Part shown: positions 13,842 to 33,697 of the stretch, one piece after another
How positions within the stretch are numbered: the stretch's first letter is position 1
How the letters are laid out: each line of letters begins with the position of its first letter
From: Felis catus
Taxonomy: Eukaryota
Direction of reading: 5' to 3'
DNA: 64,000 nt
NCBI RefSeq assembly: GCF_018350175.1
Contig: NC_058380.1
Span: 56,420,001-56,484,000, forward strand
Program-made: the position numbers and the translations under genes
Notes under the pieces: generated by a model
What the model was told of the DNA's origin: nothing
The model's database searches: none
Seen by the model: the letters and a program-made list of their open reading frames with translations, nothing else

Positions 13842-14710
13842 AGGGCACCTGGGTAACTCGGTTGAGTGTCCAACTTCGACTCAGGTCATGATCTCACAGT
13901 TTGTGAGTTCAAGCCCCATATCAGGCTTGCTGCTGTTAGCATAGAAGCCCACTTCAGATACTCTGTCCTCCTCTCTCTGTCCCTCCTCCACGTCCCCGCG
14001 TGCGTTCTCTTAAAAATAAATAAAACAGGGGCGCCTGGGTGGCGCAGTCGGTTAAGCGTCCGACTTCAGCCAGGTCACGATCTCGCGGTCCGTGAGTTCG
14101 AGCCCCGCGTAGGGCTCTGGGCTGATGGCTCAGAGCCTGGAGCCTGTTTCCGATTCTGTGTCTCCCTCTCTCTCTGCCCCTCCCCCGTTCATGCTCTGTC
14201 TCTGTCCCAAAAAATAAATAAATGTTGAAAAAAAATTAAAAAAAAATAAAACATTAAAAAAAAGTGCTAGGGGAAGGGCATTGGGTGGCTCAGTCTGTTG
14301 AACTTCTGATTCTTGATTTCGGCTCAGGTCATGATCTCAGGAGTTGGTGAGATCGAGCCCTGCATCAAGATTGAGTCGAGTCCTGCTCTGCCCTATCAGT
14401 GTGGGGGGCCTGCTTCGGATAGTCTCTCTCTCTCTCTACCCCACCCCCCACCCTTACCCTGCTTGTACTCTCTCTCTAAAAGAATAAACATTAAAAAAAA
14501 AAAAAAGAGTCTACAACTCTTTTAATGTTTATTTATTTTTGAGAGAGAGAGAGATACAGAGCACAAGTAGGGGAGGGGCAGAGTCGGATGTTTAACAGAT
14601 TGAGCCACCCAGGCACCCCAAGAAGAGTTTACAACTCTTGATCTCGGGGTCATGAGTTTGAGCCCCACGTTTGGTGTAGTAATTACTTAAAATAAAATCT
14701 TAAAATAATA
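13842..14710. mobile_element. Cluster of about 5 Can-SINEs/fragments, including a young SINEC_Fc copy at 14027-14245
   Basis: Repeated SINE heads and A-tails. The young copy sits in the A-tail of an older one. Confidence 0.9.
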
Positions 14711-15459
14711 AATCAATGTGCCAGCAGAGGGATTGATTTGAATTTTATCCTAGTATTAGCCAATTGGTTTGATCCAAGGAAACATTGGGAGAAGGGAAAG
14801 GGGTATGTAAAGGAAACACCCCTGATCCCACCTAGATGGTGGCTGGAGCTACTGACAGTCAAGCCCTCTCCCCACTTTCAGGTTTCTTGTAGCCCTCTCA
14901 CACTGCCCACTTCTTGTGCTTTAGGCATGAGCATATAAGAGAGAGAATATGGTTACTTAGCCTTTTTTCCCCCCAAACATGTTCTCCTGCCTGGAGGGGA
15001 TGGGGTATGATTTTGGTAAAGTATTTACTCCTCCATGTAACAGCTGAGGCCAGGGGTACAGCGGAAGCAGATCAATCCCACCCTCACCGCCATGCTAGTT
15101 TGCCTCTTCTACACCATAGGCATTGAGCAAGTAAGTGAGGTGATTGTGGATCCAGGGTTATATCCTTACTTGGCCGTAGAATTTAAGCCGCGGGAAGGCC
15201 GAGGCCATGCCTGACTTGTGTAGGGGATCCCTTTGTCCAAGTGGAGCCTAGGTGCCTGGCACACAGTAAATATTCATAGATATTCAGTAAATATTTGCTA
15301 AACAAATGACCTCGAATAGAGCAAAGAAATCTAAGCACCTTGGAGCTGAGGAATCTGCCATAAGCAGCTTTTACAGAGATTCTTCTAGGGTAGTAACTTA
15401 GCCCTGGGGTGTACGGGGAGGACCAAAGTCACCCCCCCCCCCAAAATACCAGGCTTTCC

Positions 15460-15611
15460 AGAGTCCCGCCCGCGGTTGAGCGGGCGGTCCCTTACGCAGT
15501 CACGTGCAGGCATATGGCCAATCACCGGGGAAGAGGCGGGGCATACCCAGAGGGTGGGAAGAGTCCGCGCTGCTGACTTTTCAGACGAATTCCACACCCG
15601 CAAGTGGTCTG
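15460..15611 (+). promoter_or_regulatory. GALT promoter / 5' UTR
   Basis: GC boxes (cccgccc, gggcgg), E-box GTCACGTG at 15499-15506 and CCAAT at 15518-15522, directly upstream of ATG 15612. Confidence 0.75.
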
Positions 15612-18791
<3,180 letters not shown>

Positions 18792-18857
18792 CCACGCTGA
18801 CCACAGGGCCTTCTGCTTGAGGGATCCAGGGCCTAGGGTTTGGGAAGATGTGGGATC

Positions 18858-18863
18858 AATAAA
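18858..18863 (+). terminator. GALT polyadenylation signal AATAAA
   Basis: AATAAA about 65 nt after the TGA, followed by GT/T-rich sequence. Confidence 0.8.
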
Positions 18864-20339
18864 ACTAAACTGTGTTTCTCAAACTTTAATCACATAGTCT
18901 AATGCCAGAGGATTATGAACTATAACCCTTGGGGATCTGGGTTAAAGGCACAGTGCCAGCCACAACTTTCCTTTGTCTACAGATGTGCAAAAACTTAGAG
19001 TACAAATATTCCACCCCAAATCTCTGAACAAAATTAATACTTAATGTTATGTCTGGCCTATAGATTCTTTTACTCCTGGAGTAAACAAAGGCATCACAGT
19101 TTAAGAAACTTTTAAAATCTTGTGTTCTTGTCTGTGGCTAAGGGTTTGGGAAAGCCAAAGCACCCTTTACTGCCACCCCTAGGGTGTCAGCTCATCAAGC
19201 CTGGGCCTGAGGGTTTGGTGGGGAGCTGGTGAGCAAGATCCTGGTACCGGTGGTCAGTGGCCAGACACTGGGCTGCTGGCCAGAACCTTAGCTTTGTGAG
19301 AGACTGCAGCTTGGCTCTGCTCCAGCCCACAGGGGCTGAAGGGGCGGGTAGGGAGTGTACATGGCTTTGTGTCCTTCTCTAGACTCTCACGTGCCGTATA
19401 TATGTGCAGACTCTGCACACTTGTGTTCCCCATATGCCCCAGTCATTGCAGGGGAAGAAAGGAAAAAAACAGCTCTGGCAGGGAAGGGGCTATCAGAGTT
19501 AGGAGCCGCAGCACCTAGAAGGAGGGGGTGGTTTTTGGAGGGACCCTGGGTTCTACTCCCTCTCCTCTGGATGGTTTCCTTGGCAAGAATGTATACTGTA
19601 ACAGTAACGGGGCATGCAACCCAGGAGACCTGATGCCACCTAGTATCCTCCAAACTTTTAGGTGAGGATAGGGCTTGTGAGCAATGCAAGGATGGCCAGA
19701 GGCTTTTTATCTTCATCTTCTCTCAAGGGACCTGAGTTTGGCAGGGGCTATCATGCCAAGACTAGACAGTGATGACTTGGCCCAGGAGAACCTTGGCTGC
19801 CTGCCTTCCAGTCCAGGGTTTTTTCTTGAGACCCTGAACAGGTAGGATCTGGGACTTGGAGTCTCTGGAAGGAGCTCAGAAAGACAAGGTACACATCTTC
19901 CTTGAGGTCCCAGTGACTGGGGAGTGGATGTGAACCCTGGGTGATTGGCTGGTTTCTTAAGGCATACACCTACACAAACACCGGACCCCACACTCGATTT
20001 GGCTGCCTTTTGGAATCATTTGGGAAATTTAAACACTGATGCCAAGGCCAGTTTCCAGAGATTCGGATTTAATTGGTTTGGAGTGTGGCTTGGCAATTTT
20101 AAAACCACAGTGTTCGGCAAAGTTTCAGAACCATCGCACCACACAAGTCCTTATCTGGAGTCAGGGGTACCACAGCTCCTCCAGTCACCTGCCCAATGGC
20201 TCCTGAGCCACTGAACTTGAGGTTTTGTTTTTGGACTGATGGAAGGAAGAGGGGCCTGAAAACTTCCAGTCCTGCGGTCCCAGGACAGGACTCTAGGCAA
20301 GGACCTAGGAATCTAACTCCAGACTCCGTCTCTCTCAGT

Positions 20340-20552
20340 CCCGGACGGGACAGGAAGTGTCCGGCAGAGGTGGGGTGGCGGTGATTGGCAGTTGGAGGCT
20401 CCAATGGGCCCAGACCCTCCCCCTTTTCACCCTTGTCCTTCCATTGGTGCCTGGGTGGAGCCGCCCCCACTGCGGGGGCCCCGGGGCGAGAGGGAGTAGA
20501 GGCCGGGGCAGAGGGCGAGGGCGGAGGGCGCTGGCGGCGGAGGCCGCAGAAG
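20340..20552 (+). promoter_or_regulatory. IL11RA distal CpG promoter and non-coding first exon (donor at 20552)
   Basis: CpG-rich patch with CCAAT/ATTGG boxes and an ETS-like CAGGAAGT. Ends in the donor GAAG|GTGAGG. Confidence 0.6.
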
Positions 20553-20657
20553 GTGAGGCCTGGTGGGGCCGGCGGGAGTATTGGAGGAAGCCTTGCCAGG
20601 AGAGGGCGGGGCAGGGTAGTGTACGATCTGAAGGGCCTGGAGTGATTGACCGACTGT

Positions 20658-20659
<2 letters not shown>

Positions 20660-20696
<37 letters not shown>

Positions 20697-20699
20697 TGT
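20660..20699. repeat. (GT)n microsatellite in IL11RA 5' intron
   Basis: Directly visible, followed by GT-rich low-complexity sequence. Confidence 0.9.
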
Positions 20700-22149
20700 C
20701 TCGATGTCAGTGTGTGGACCTGTAACTGAGGGTCACTTGGTGCAACTGGCAGTTAATATGACTGCGTGTGTCAGTGTGCGTGTGGTTGAGTCTGCATGTG
20801 GCTGTGCAAGTGTGGGATTATGTGTTCTGTCAATGTGCAGTTTTTGGGTTGTGTGTTTGTGTGAGAGGGCCTGTGACCACATGGGGAATGTATTTTGGGA
20901 AGGTCTCTGTGGGATTTAAGACTGTCTGCCAGTGTGAGAGTCGGGGGCTGGGTTTGTGTGTACCATTGTGTGACTTCAGCAGTAGCAGAGCAAGAGTGAG
21001 AGTTGTACTATGTGTGTGTCCTGTGTCCTGTGTTAGACTAGAAGTGGAGCTGTGTTGTACTTGGGGACCAACTTCAATAGTCAGTGGGACTGACCTTTCT
21101 ATTTTAATGTCCAGAAAAGACAGACTCACCCCAACACACTTGGCTTCCCTTCCTTTCTGTGCTCTAGAGTCCCTGTCATTGGTCTACTGCTCCTTATTTT
21201 CTGTTTCCCTCAGTTTCCTTATATGTCTTTTTCTCTCCCTACTACTGCTTTCCTAGAGCTGTCATTTTCTGTGTCTCCTCACAGTTTTGTCTCCCCTGGT
21301 ATCTCTGTGTCTCTGCTTTTTAGTTCTGCTTCTCATGTCCTGTGCATCTCTGTGCCCCTATGCCTGACTTCCCTGTTCACCTTTGTCTTTTTGGCTACGT
21401 GGGGGCCTGGGGCAGTGATGAGATGTGGGATTTGCCATACTAAGAGCTCCCTAGAAGAGGGGACTCAAACCATGATGAAGATTTGCTTTTAGGGAGTGCT
21501 GTGACCCCATTGCAGGGGCAGAGTGCTAAGTATCTGTGTATCTATGTGAGGGTATGAGTCTGAGTGACAATGAGTGTATCCATGTGACTGTGAGTGGCTG
21601 TATCTGAGAGTGTGTGTCTGAGGGTAAGTGTGGGTCTTATGTATCTGGCACCAAGGGACCAAAGGCATTTCCTGGTGCTGGGGCCCAAAGAGTGGAGGGG
21701 GAGGTGAGAAATGGCTGGAACGTCCCGGGGCGGAGGAACTGGACTCTGGATTTTCTTTATATCCCCCAACCTGGGGCCTCCTTTCCCCTCAAAAAACAGC
21801 TAACTATGCCCTAAGGAAATATTTACTGGGGAGTGAAAAGAGTGGGGCACGAATCTCTGATTTTTCATTTGGTTATGTCCACATGTGTTCAAGGGAGTGT
21901 CTTTTTATTGATTGTGTCTATTAAGTCCACACATGAATGTGGCTGGGTGAAAACATAGGGAATCTCTCCCTGACAGGGATATAAGCAGCCCTCCTTTCCC
22001 TCTTGCTGGCCCTGGCTGTGCCTGTGGCTTCATTTCCAGACTGGGGGGAGGCCTCTTCCCTTCCCAGGGCCTCGGTGGGAGGGGGGTGAAAGGAGAGGAG
22101 GGAGGAGGAGAGAGGGAGGTGGGGGCCTAGCTCAGGGCGGCTGAGCTCT

Positions 22150-22291
22150 AGGGCCCAGAGGGGCGGGGGGAGGGAAAGGGAAGGAGGGGATGATTCTGGG
22201 GTCCCAGAACTGAGTGGAGCTGAGACGGGTGCTGTAGCTGGTGGGAGGAAGTCCTGGAGGCCATGGACACTCAACCACTGGGATCACCGAG
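22150..22291 (+). promoter_or_regulatory. IL11RA proximal promoter and alternative first exon (donor at 22291)
   Basis: GC boxes, then ...gctgtagctggtgggaggaagtcctggaggccatggacac...gggatcaccgag|GTAGGG, matching the IL11RA 5' UTR as I recall it from human. Confidence 0.7.
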
Positions 22292-23266
22292 GTAGGGCGG
22301 GGCTGCGTAGGGTAAATGTTCTCTGGGTGGGGGGTGGGGGAGTGGGTAGGGGTGAGCCACTAGACACATTCAGACAGACACATGGAGGCCCTTACTCTGC
22401 TCTACTTGAGAGGGATCTGTGCTCTTCCTCTCCTGGAGCCCTTGCCTGCCTGGGCCCTCTCTGTTTCTGCTTCTTCTCCTGTCCGCATGGCCACTTCCCC
22501 ACTGCTTTTCTCATCCTGCCCTTCTCCCATCCAGAATCCCTCTCTCCTAGCACCCCCACCTCCATATACACATGGTTGCTTACTCCCTCTGCCCTTCTAC
22601 TTCCCTGCTGCCCAAGCCCATCCCTTGCCTCACTGAGCCCCTACCACCTCCCAGTCCTGTTTTCTGAGCATCTCCTGGTTCTGTAGCCTCCACTCCAGGC
22701 CCCTTTCCCTGCAGGCTCCTAGCTCCTCTCAGCCTCCTCTCCCCTCCCCGACACCCTGTCTCCATCTCCTGGCTCTTCGCCCGCCCCCAGCCTCTGGCAG
22801 CAGCCAAGGCATCTGGATCTGCTTAACTCTGCAGTCTCAGCCTGCACCCTCGCCCCATCCAGCCTCACAGGCTCAAGACCAACAAGATTCCAGAGTCAGG
22901 CCCAGATGAGTGGTCCAAGGAGCCAGGCCCAGGAGAGAAGAGGCCTGGCAGCCAGAGCAGGGCTAGGCCTCATGGTAGGAGTACAGAGGGGACTCAGACC
23001 TACCATGACAGCCCTCCACCCAAGGGTGATGAAGGCTGTCTCAGGTCAGTCAGAGGCAAAGACTAGTCCTGGGCCAGGTGGGGGTAGACACTGGAATTCC
23101 CAACAGCTGGGTTGGAGGAGTTAATGGGAGTGACTGCGCTGGTGCCAGCACTTGGTGCCAGGGGTGGGTGCCAAGAGTGGTGTGTGTGTGGGGGGACTGC
23201 TGGCACAGTCTGTCGCCTCCGGCTTTTGTTCTGGGCCCTAGGCCCAGCACTGAGATGGAGGGTGTG

Positions 23267-23269
<3 letters not shown>

Positions 23270-23300
<31 letters not shown>
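23270..23300. repeat. (GT)n microsatellite
   Basis: Directly visible. Confidence 0.9.
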
Positions 23301-23301
<1 letters not shown>

Positions 23302-23495
23302 ATGCATGCACACGCAGCACTGGGTATATGGTGGAAAGGAGACTTAGATCAGATCCCCTAAAGTTTTCTGATATCCTTACCCAATTTGGTACCTTAGTTT
23401 TCTTCCTAGAACATCACAGTTTAGAAGAGGAAGAGGCAGGCTTTAGCCTCCAATCTGGGAATGGGGGATTGCTGACCCTACCTCTCTCCCCATAG

Positions 23496-28980
<5,485 letters not shown>

Positions 28981-29367
28981 ATGACCCAGGAGGGCTTCAG
29001 CTGATTCCACCTATAACTCTGTCTTGCTGGTGTGGATGGACAGACAGATAAAACCCAGGCAGGATAGATCCCCATGGAGGCAGGGGGGCAGGGAGTGGCC
29101 TCAGCTGGAAGTTCTGTTTGGAGCCCATTTCTATGAGACTCTGTGTTCCCAACCTGCCAGCTGGAAGTGTCCAGACGTCTGATTTCATCTCAGAGTTGGA
29201 GGTCTACCAGAGTATGTGTGTAGATGAGTACGTTTGTGTCCATGTGTGCCCATGTGTATGTGAGGTAGGGAATGTGTGTTCTCTAAATTTATGCATGTAG
29301 GTGCCTGGGGAGTATGTGTGGGTCCTTGGCTCTTGACCTTGCCCCTGGAGGGGTTTGTGAAGATGTG

Positions 29368-29373
29368 AATAAA
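29368..29373 (+). terminator. IL11RA polyadenylation signal AATAAA
   Basis: AATAAA about 390 nt after the stop codon. Confidence 0.75.
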
Positions 29374-29487
29374 GAGAATGAAGAGGTTCTTCTGTTTATT
29401 GACATGTCACCCAGCTTCAGATTCAGGGCTCACAGGAGAACGCATAGAACTTGGAGACCACAGTCAGAGACTATTATCCAATGATGC

Positions 29488-29493
29488 TTTATT
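29488..29493 (-). terminator. CCL27 polyadenylation signal AATAAA
   Basis: tttatt on +, 10 nt past the stop codon. A second candidate lies at 29395-29400. Confidence 0.7.
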
Positions 29494-29503
29494 ATTTTGG
29501 CTA

Positions 29504-30198
29504 TTAGGGCCCCTGGTCCATTTTCCCTATCAGCTCCAAATTCAGGTTAGGCAGAATACCCTGGAATCTCCTCCCTTGGCGCTCAAACCACCGAGCCAGG
29601 CTGCGGTTCTGAGGATGGATGCAGACACTGCGTCGAGACAAGTGAAGCCTGGGAAAGGAAAGGTGCAAAGCCATAGTCATAGCTTGGAGATGACATTAGG
29701 GTCCAGGGGTTAGGGCAAAGGCTAAATGAAAACCTGAGTCAGCATCAGAATTAGCAACTGGGGCTGGGGCTGGGGCTGGGGTTGGGGTCAGCATCAGGTT
29801 GGGACTGAGGTCAGAGTCAGGGGTCAATATGAGGGGCAGGGTCAGAGCTCACACGAAGGCCTGGAGGTGACAGTCCCCATCAGCTTCCTGCAGTTCCACC
29901 CGGATGACTTTCCTTAGTAGCTTGTTCGAGAGTGGCTGGCGGTAGAGCTGAGTACAGCAGGTAATGCTGGGTGACAGTAGCAGTGCTAGGGGACAATGGG
30001 GCCATGTGTTCAGAGGACTCCTGACCCCAAACCCTTCTATCAGACAGCTGGAGGATGGACTTCCTGGGTCCCTTTCCCTCCACCCCATTTACCCAAATCC
30101 CTGGCCTTCTAGACCCCCAAGCACTCACCTGCTCCAGGGTCTGGGGTCAGCAGCAGCAGTAGCAGAAGGAGGCTGCTTGTGGGTGAGGGCCCCTTCAT
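29504..30198 (-). CDS. CCL27: C-C motif chemokine 27 (CTACK/ILC), 115 aa, 3 exons
   Basis: Exons 30129-30198, 29853-29985 and 29504-29648 (348 nt). MKGPSPTSSLLLLLLLLTPDPGAALLLSPSITCCTQLYRQPLSNKLLRKVIRVELQEADGDCHLQAFVLHLSRRSVCIHPQNRSLARWFERQG...MDQGP*, with four chemokine cysteines. Confidence 0.97.
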
Positions 30199-31037
30199 GC
30201 TGCTCAGCTTGGATACTTCTCTCTTCTCCTCCTCCCCTACCTTTTATCTGGGTGCCTTTTACCTGGGGCACCAGGTGAGTCAGAGGCAGGTGAAGATGTA
30301 TTGCTCATCCTGTGACATTCCTGAGCCCTAATTGCCACAGACCCCCTCCTCTTCTAGGGCTGCCATTTCCCATGGCTTCTAAGCCCTGGACAGAGAAGCT
30401 GGAGAGAGGGGTACTGCATGATGTGAAGGCTGATGACACAGTGGCCAAGTAAGGGCAGCTAAGGATCCACGGTGGTATCCAATGATGGACATTCATACTC
30501 ATATACCCATAGTCACATTCATAGTCACACCTCAATCACTCAGTCAACCTCACATGGTCAGACAACCAAGGACAGAATCATATTGCCCCAGTTGGCCTCA
30601 AAGTCCCACTCCCACACAGTTGTGTCTTCACAATCATCCAGTCACACAATCATATGAACACACACAAATTCTGATAGGGGAATTTTGGGTGGAGTGGGAG
30701 CAGAGGGCAGGCCAGCACCAACTTGCCTTCATCTTCCCCTCTATATACTTCCTGTCCTAGCCTGCCTGTCTTATCAGGAGAAATTGATGAGAATGGGTCC
30801 CTAAAGCAAGTCCTTCTGGCTGAGGATGAGTCTTGGCTGGAACAGTTACATCCAGAGTGAGAAGCCGGGACAAGGCCCTTTTTGGTACTGGGGTACCTTG
30901 GGGATGATGAAGTAGGGGCTGCTTTTCCCAGGGAGATGAGACAGGGAGGAAGGATGGGGTGGAAAGATGAAAGAAGGTAAAGTTCTTTGGTGCCAGGTTG
31001 CTGATGTCGAACAGAGAAAAGACCCAAAAAATCTTAC

Positions 31038-31138
31038 CTTCCTGTTTGTGCCTAGTCCTATCCCAGAAATGCCAGCCTCTTGCCAGGAGGGGTGCCTGGG
31101 GTTTCCAGAATCAGTCTCTGGTTTATGCAGACATCAGA
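31038..31138 (-). pseudogene. Decayed homologue of the rodent CCL27 'PESKY' alternative exon
   Basis: ATG at 31134 and a strong phase-1 donor GAAG|GTAAGA at 31038/31037. Pieces translate to MS..INQRLILETPG and RGWHFWDRTRHKQE, resembling mouse PESKY MSPTSQRLSLEAPS...RSWHPWNKTKQKQE (recalled). The ATG frame has TAA at codon 4. Confidence 0.7.
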
Positions 31139-33041
31139 CTCAAGAGCTCAATGAGCTTTCTTTTGTTCTATTCAAATTCCAGCCAGGCCCTGCTCCCCAG
31201 CCAGGTCCTGTAATACCACCCCTGCCCCAACCCAGGCCCCAACCCTTACTCTCTGCATCCCATCCTCTTGCTAAAGCCCCAACCTCTCATCTCCTCCCTG
31301 TCTCTTCTCTCCTATCCTATAACCAGCCCTAATTCCCTTTTTCCCCTCACCCTCTAAAACAAAAGTTCTCCTCCTCTTCTTGTGCTTTCAAGGAAGCTGG
31401 GAACTGCCTATGGTGGGGGCAAGTTGCTAAGTTTAGTGCCCCTGGCACCTTGAAGAAATTCCCACTCCTGGTCTGGGGATTTCAACCCTCAAGTCTTGCT
31501 CTGTATTCGAAACATAAACTGAGTCATAACCCAGTAATCCAGACTTTATCTGGTTGTTGCAGGGGTGCCTTGTGCAGCCTTCTGCTGTGTGGCCAGCTAT
31601 CCTCTATGGGGCAGGCCTTCTCTTGGGATAGGGACCCAAACCTATCCTGGGCATCTTTCTGCTGCAGGGTTGCTGAAACAATCAGGAGGGACCATCAGTT
31701 CCAAGAGTAGGAACCAGTCCCCCTCCCATGCTGAACAATTCAAGTTTCTCCTCTCTTCTGTCCAGGGTGAGGCTTGAAGGTCTTTCCCTGGAGTTTGTCT
31801 TGTGAATACTCAGGAATTCCGATAGTGTCCTGGTGAGGTGTAGGCCCTGGGCTTGACAGGGTACTCCACTTTTGACAGGGTTCTTGATGTAGACATTGTG
31901 AGGAAATGGCTCAAGAGTCTGGGTCTGTTCTTGAAGGTGGCCACAACCCAGAGGTCACTCATTTTGAACTGATAGTACCAGAGGCCTTAGGGTCTCTCTC
32001 CCACCCTCCAGTCCGGACATGTACCCCAGAGCTCAGGTGCAGCTCTTGAGGTGCTATTGTTTTATTACAGATCTCCATCAGCTGGCTGTCTGCCATATAC
32101 TTTGTGGTCTTTTCTGGACCAATCGGTCCAGACACCTGGGAAGGCAAGAAATGAGTTCTTTTGGGTATGTACCCATTTCTCCCCTTTGGCTTCTCCAAAG
32201 ATAGGGCCAAGTGGTTTCCCCAGCCACAAGCTGCTGTGGCAGGGGCAGCCCCAGGCTAAAAGTTAGCTTTGCCCTCATCCATACACTGGGCTGTCTCTTT
32301 AACTTAATCTTCTGGTACCTTTTCTGATGCTGGAACCAGTCCCTAACAGAAGCAGGCCCACCAGGAGGCCCTCACCCTCAGCACTTTAAGACCTAGAGGG
32401 TCTCAGGTTAACTAGATGACAAAATAGAAAGGGGTGGCAGGGAGCAGTGGCCTTTGAGTTCTAGGGACACAGCAAGAACTGTTAGGTAAGCTGATGCCAA
32501 GTATCTTTAAACCTGGGAAAAGACTGGAGGAGCCAAAAGTTGGGTTATTAACTGTAAGAAAGATCTCCAACAGTCCCAAGTAATTCCCCTGTGGCAGGTT
32601 GAGGGAGTCAGCCTCTAAGAATCTTCCCCTCCCCTCCCTGCCTACTTCCTACAACCCTGGGCTTAAAATATTTTAGATTCACTCTCAGACAAAGAAGATG
32701 CTTCAGACACCTGGCAAAGTCCTTTCTAGGAGGGAAGTGGAACACATCTATGTGGGGATACGGGTGGGAGAAAAGACCAGGACAGGACTATTTAGTTCTC
32801 TGCATATAGGCTACTTACAGGGAGGGGTGGGGAGATTAGGTGGCGGAGGGCAGTTAAAGACAGTAATGGGAGGCCTGATACTGATGAGGGATCCTTAGGA
32901 ATAACGGGGGCCTGGATATGGAAGGGCACCCAATCAGGGAGGGAGGCCCTGTCAGTAACGAGAAGCAGGCGTGTAGAGGGGCTCCCAGACCGAATGGCGG
33001 CAGCGGCGGCAGAGTCAGGAGGGCAGCATGGTGACTTCGGT

Positions 33042-33378
33042 TTAAATCTTTAATGCACCGGCTGGCTGGGCAGTGGCGGCGGGGGTGCGGCGAGGGAGGC
33101 CGCGACCCGAGCGCTGGGGGGCAGGGCCCAGTCCGCTTGACAGACAGCTCATCAGGCCTCGCAGAGGCTCCAACTTCTGCTCCCGCGGATGCGCCGAGCT
33201 GCAGGGCAACCCGACACTGGCATAAGGCAAGGAGGGGACTCCCAGATTACCCCCATCCGTCCCCCGAGGCTGAGCCTCGTATGCCCCGGGCGGGTCCGCG
33301 GCGTCGCAGCCCCCTCACCTCCTGTCCCTCCGCCACATGCGCAGCCAGGGGAAAAAGTAGAAGCAACCCCAGTAGATC
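33042..33378 (-). CDS. Conserved uncharacterised microprotein gene upstream of CCL27 (probable orthologue of human LOC730098, about 87 aa); last two coding exons visible
   Basis: Exon 33319-33378 (cag|G...AG|gtgagg, 60 nt, IYWGCFYFFPWLRMWRRDR) joins in phase to exon 33042-33198 (cag|C, SSAHPREQKLEPLRGLMSCLSSGLGPAPQRSGRGLPRRTPAATAQPAGALKI*). The start exon is not visible and probably lies in the N gap 33566-33697. Confidence 0.8.
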
Positions 33379-33565
33379 CTGCGGAGAGAAGGCAGAGCCG
33401 GCCGGGGGGGCGGGGCTGACCCCACAGACTCTGCGGTTTAGACGCCTCGCCCCTCTCTAGGAAGGCTCCGCCCCGCCCTTTAGAGGCGGTTCCCTTCGCA
33501 GCCCACGCCCCTTGAGGGGCCCCACGCCTCCCGCCCGCAGAGAACTCGCGCCCTCCCCCACCCCG

Positions 33566-33697
33566 NNNNNNNNNNNNNNNNNNNNNNNNNNNNNNNNNNN
33601 NNNNNNNNNNNNNNNNNNNNNNNNNNNNNNNNNNNNNNNNNNNNNNNNNNNNNNNNNNNNNNNNNNNNNNNNNNNNNNNNNNNNNNNNNNNNNNNNN
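33566..33697. other. Assembly gap (others at 39443-39580, 39831-39989, 60917-61080, 61120-61252, 63317-63445)
   Basis: Runs of N. Confidence 1.
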
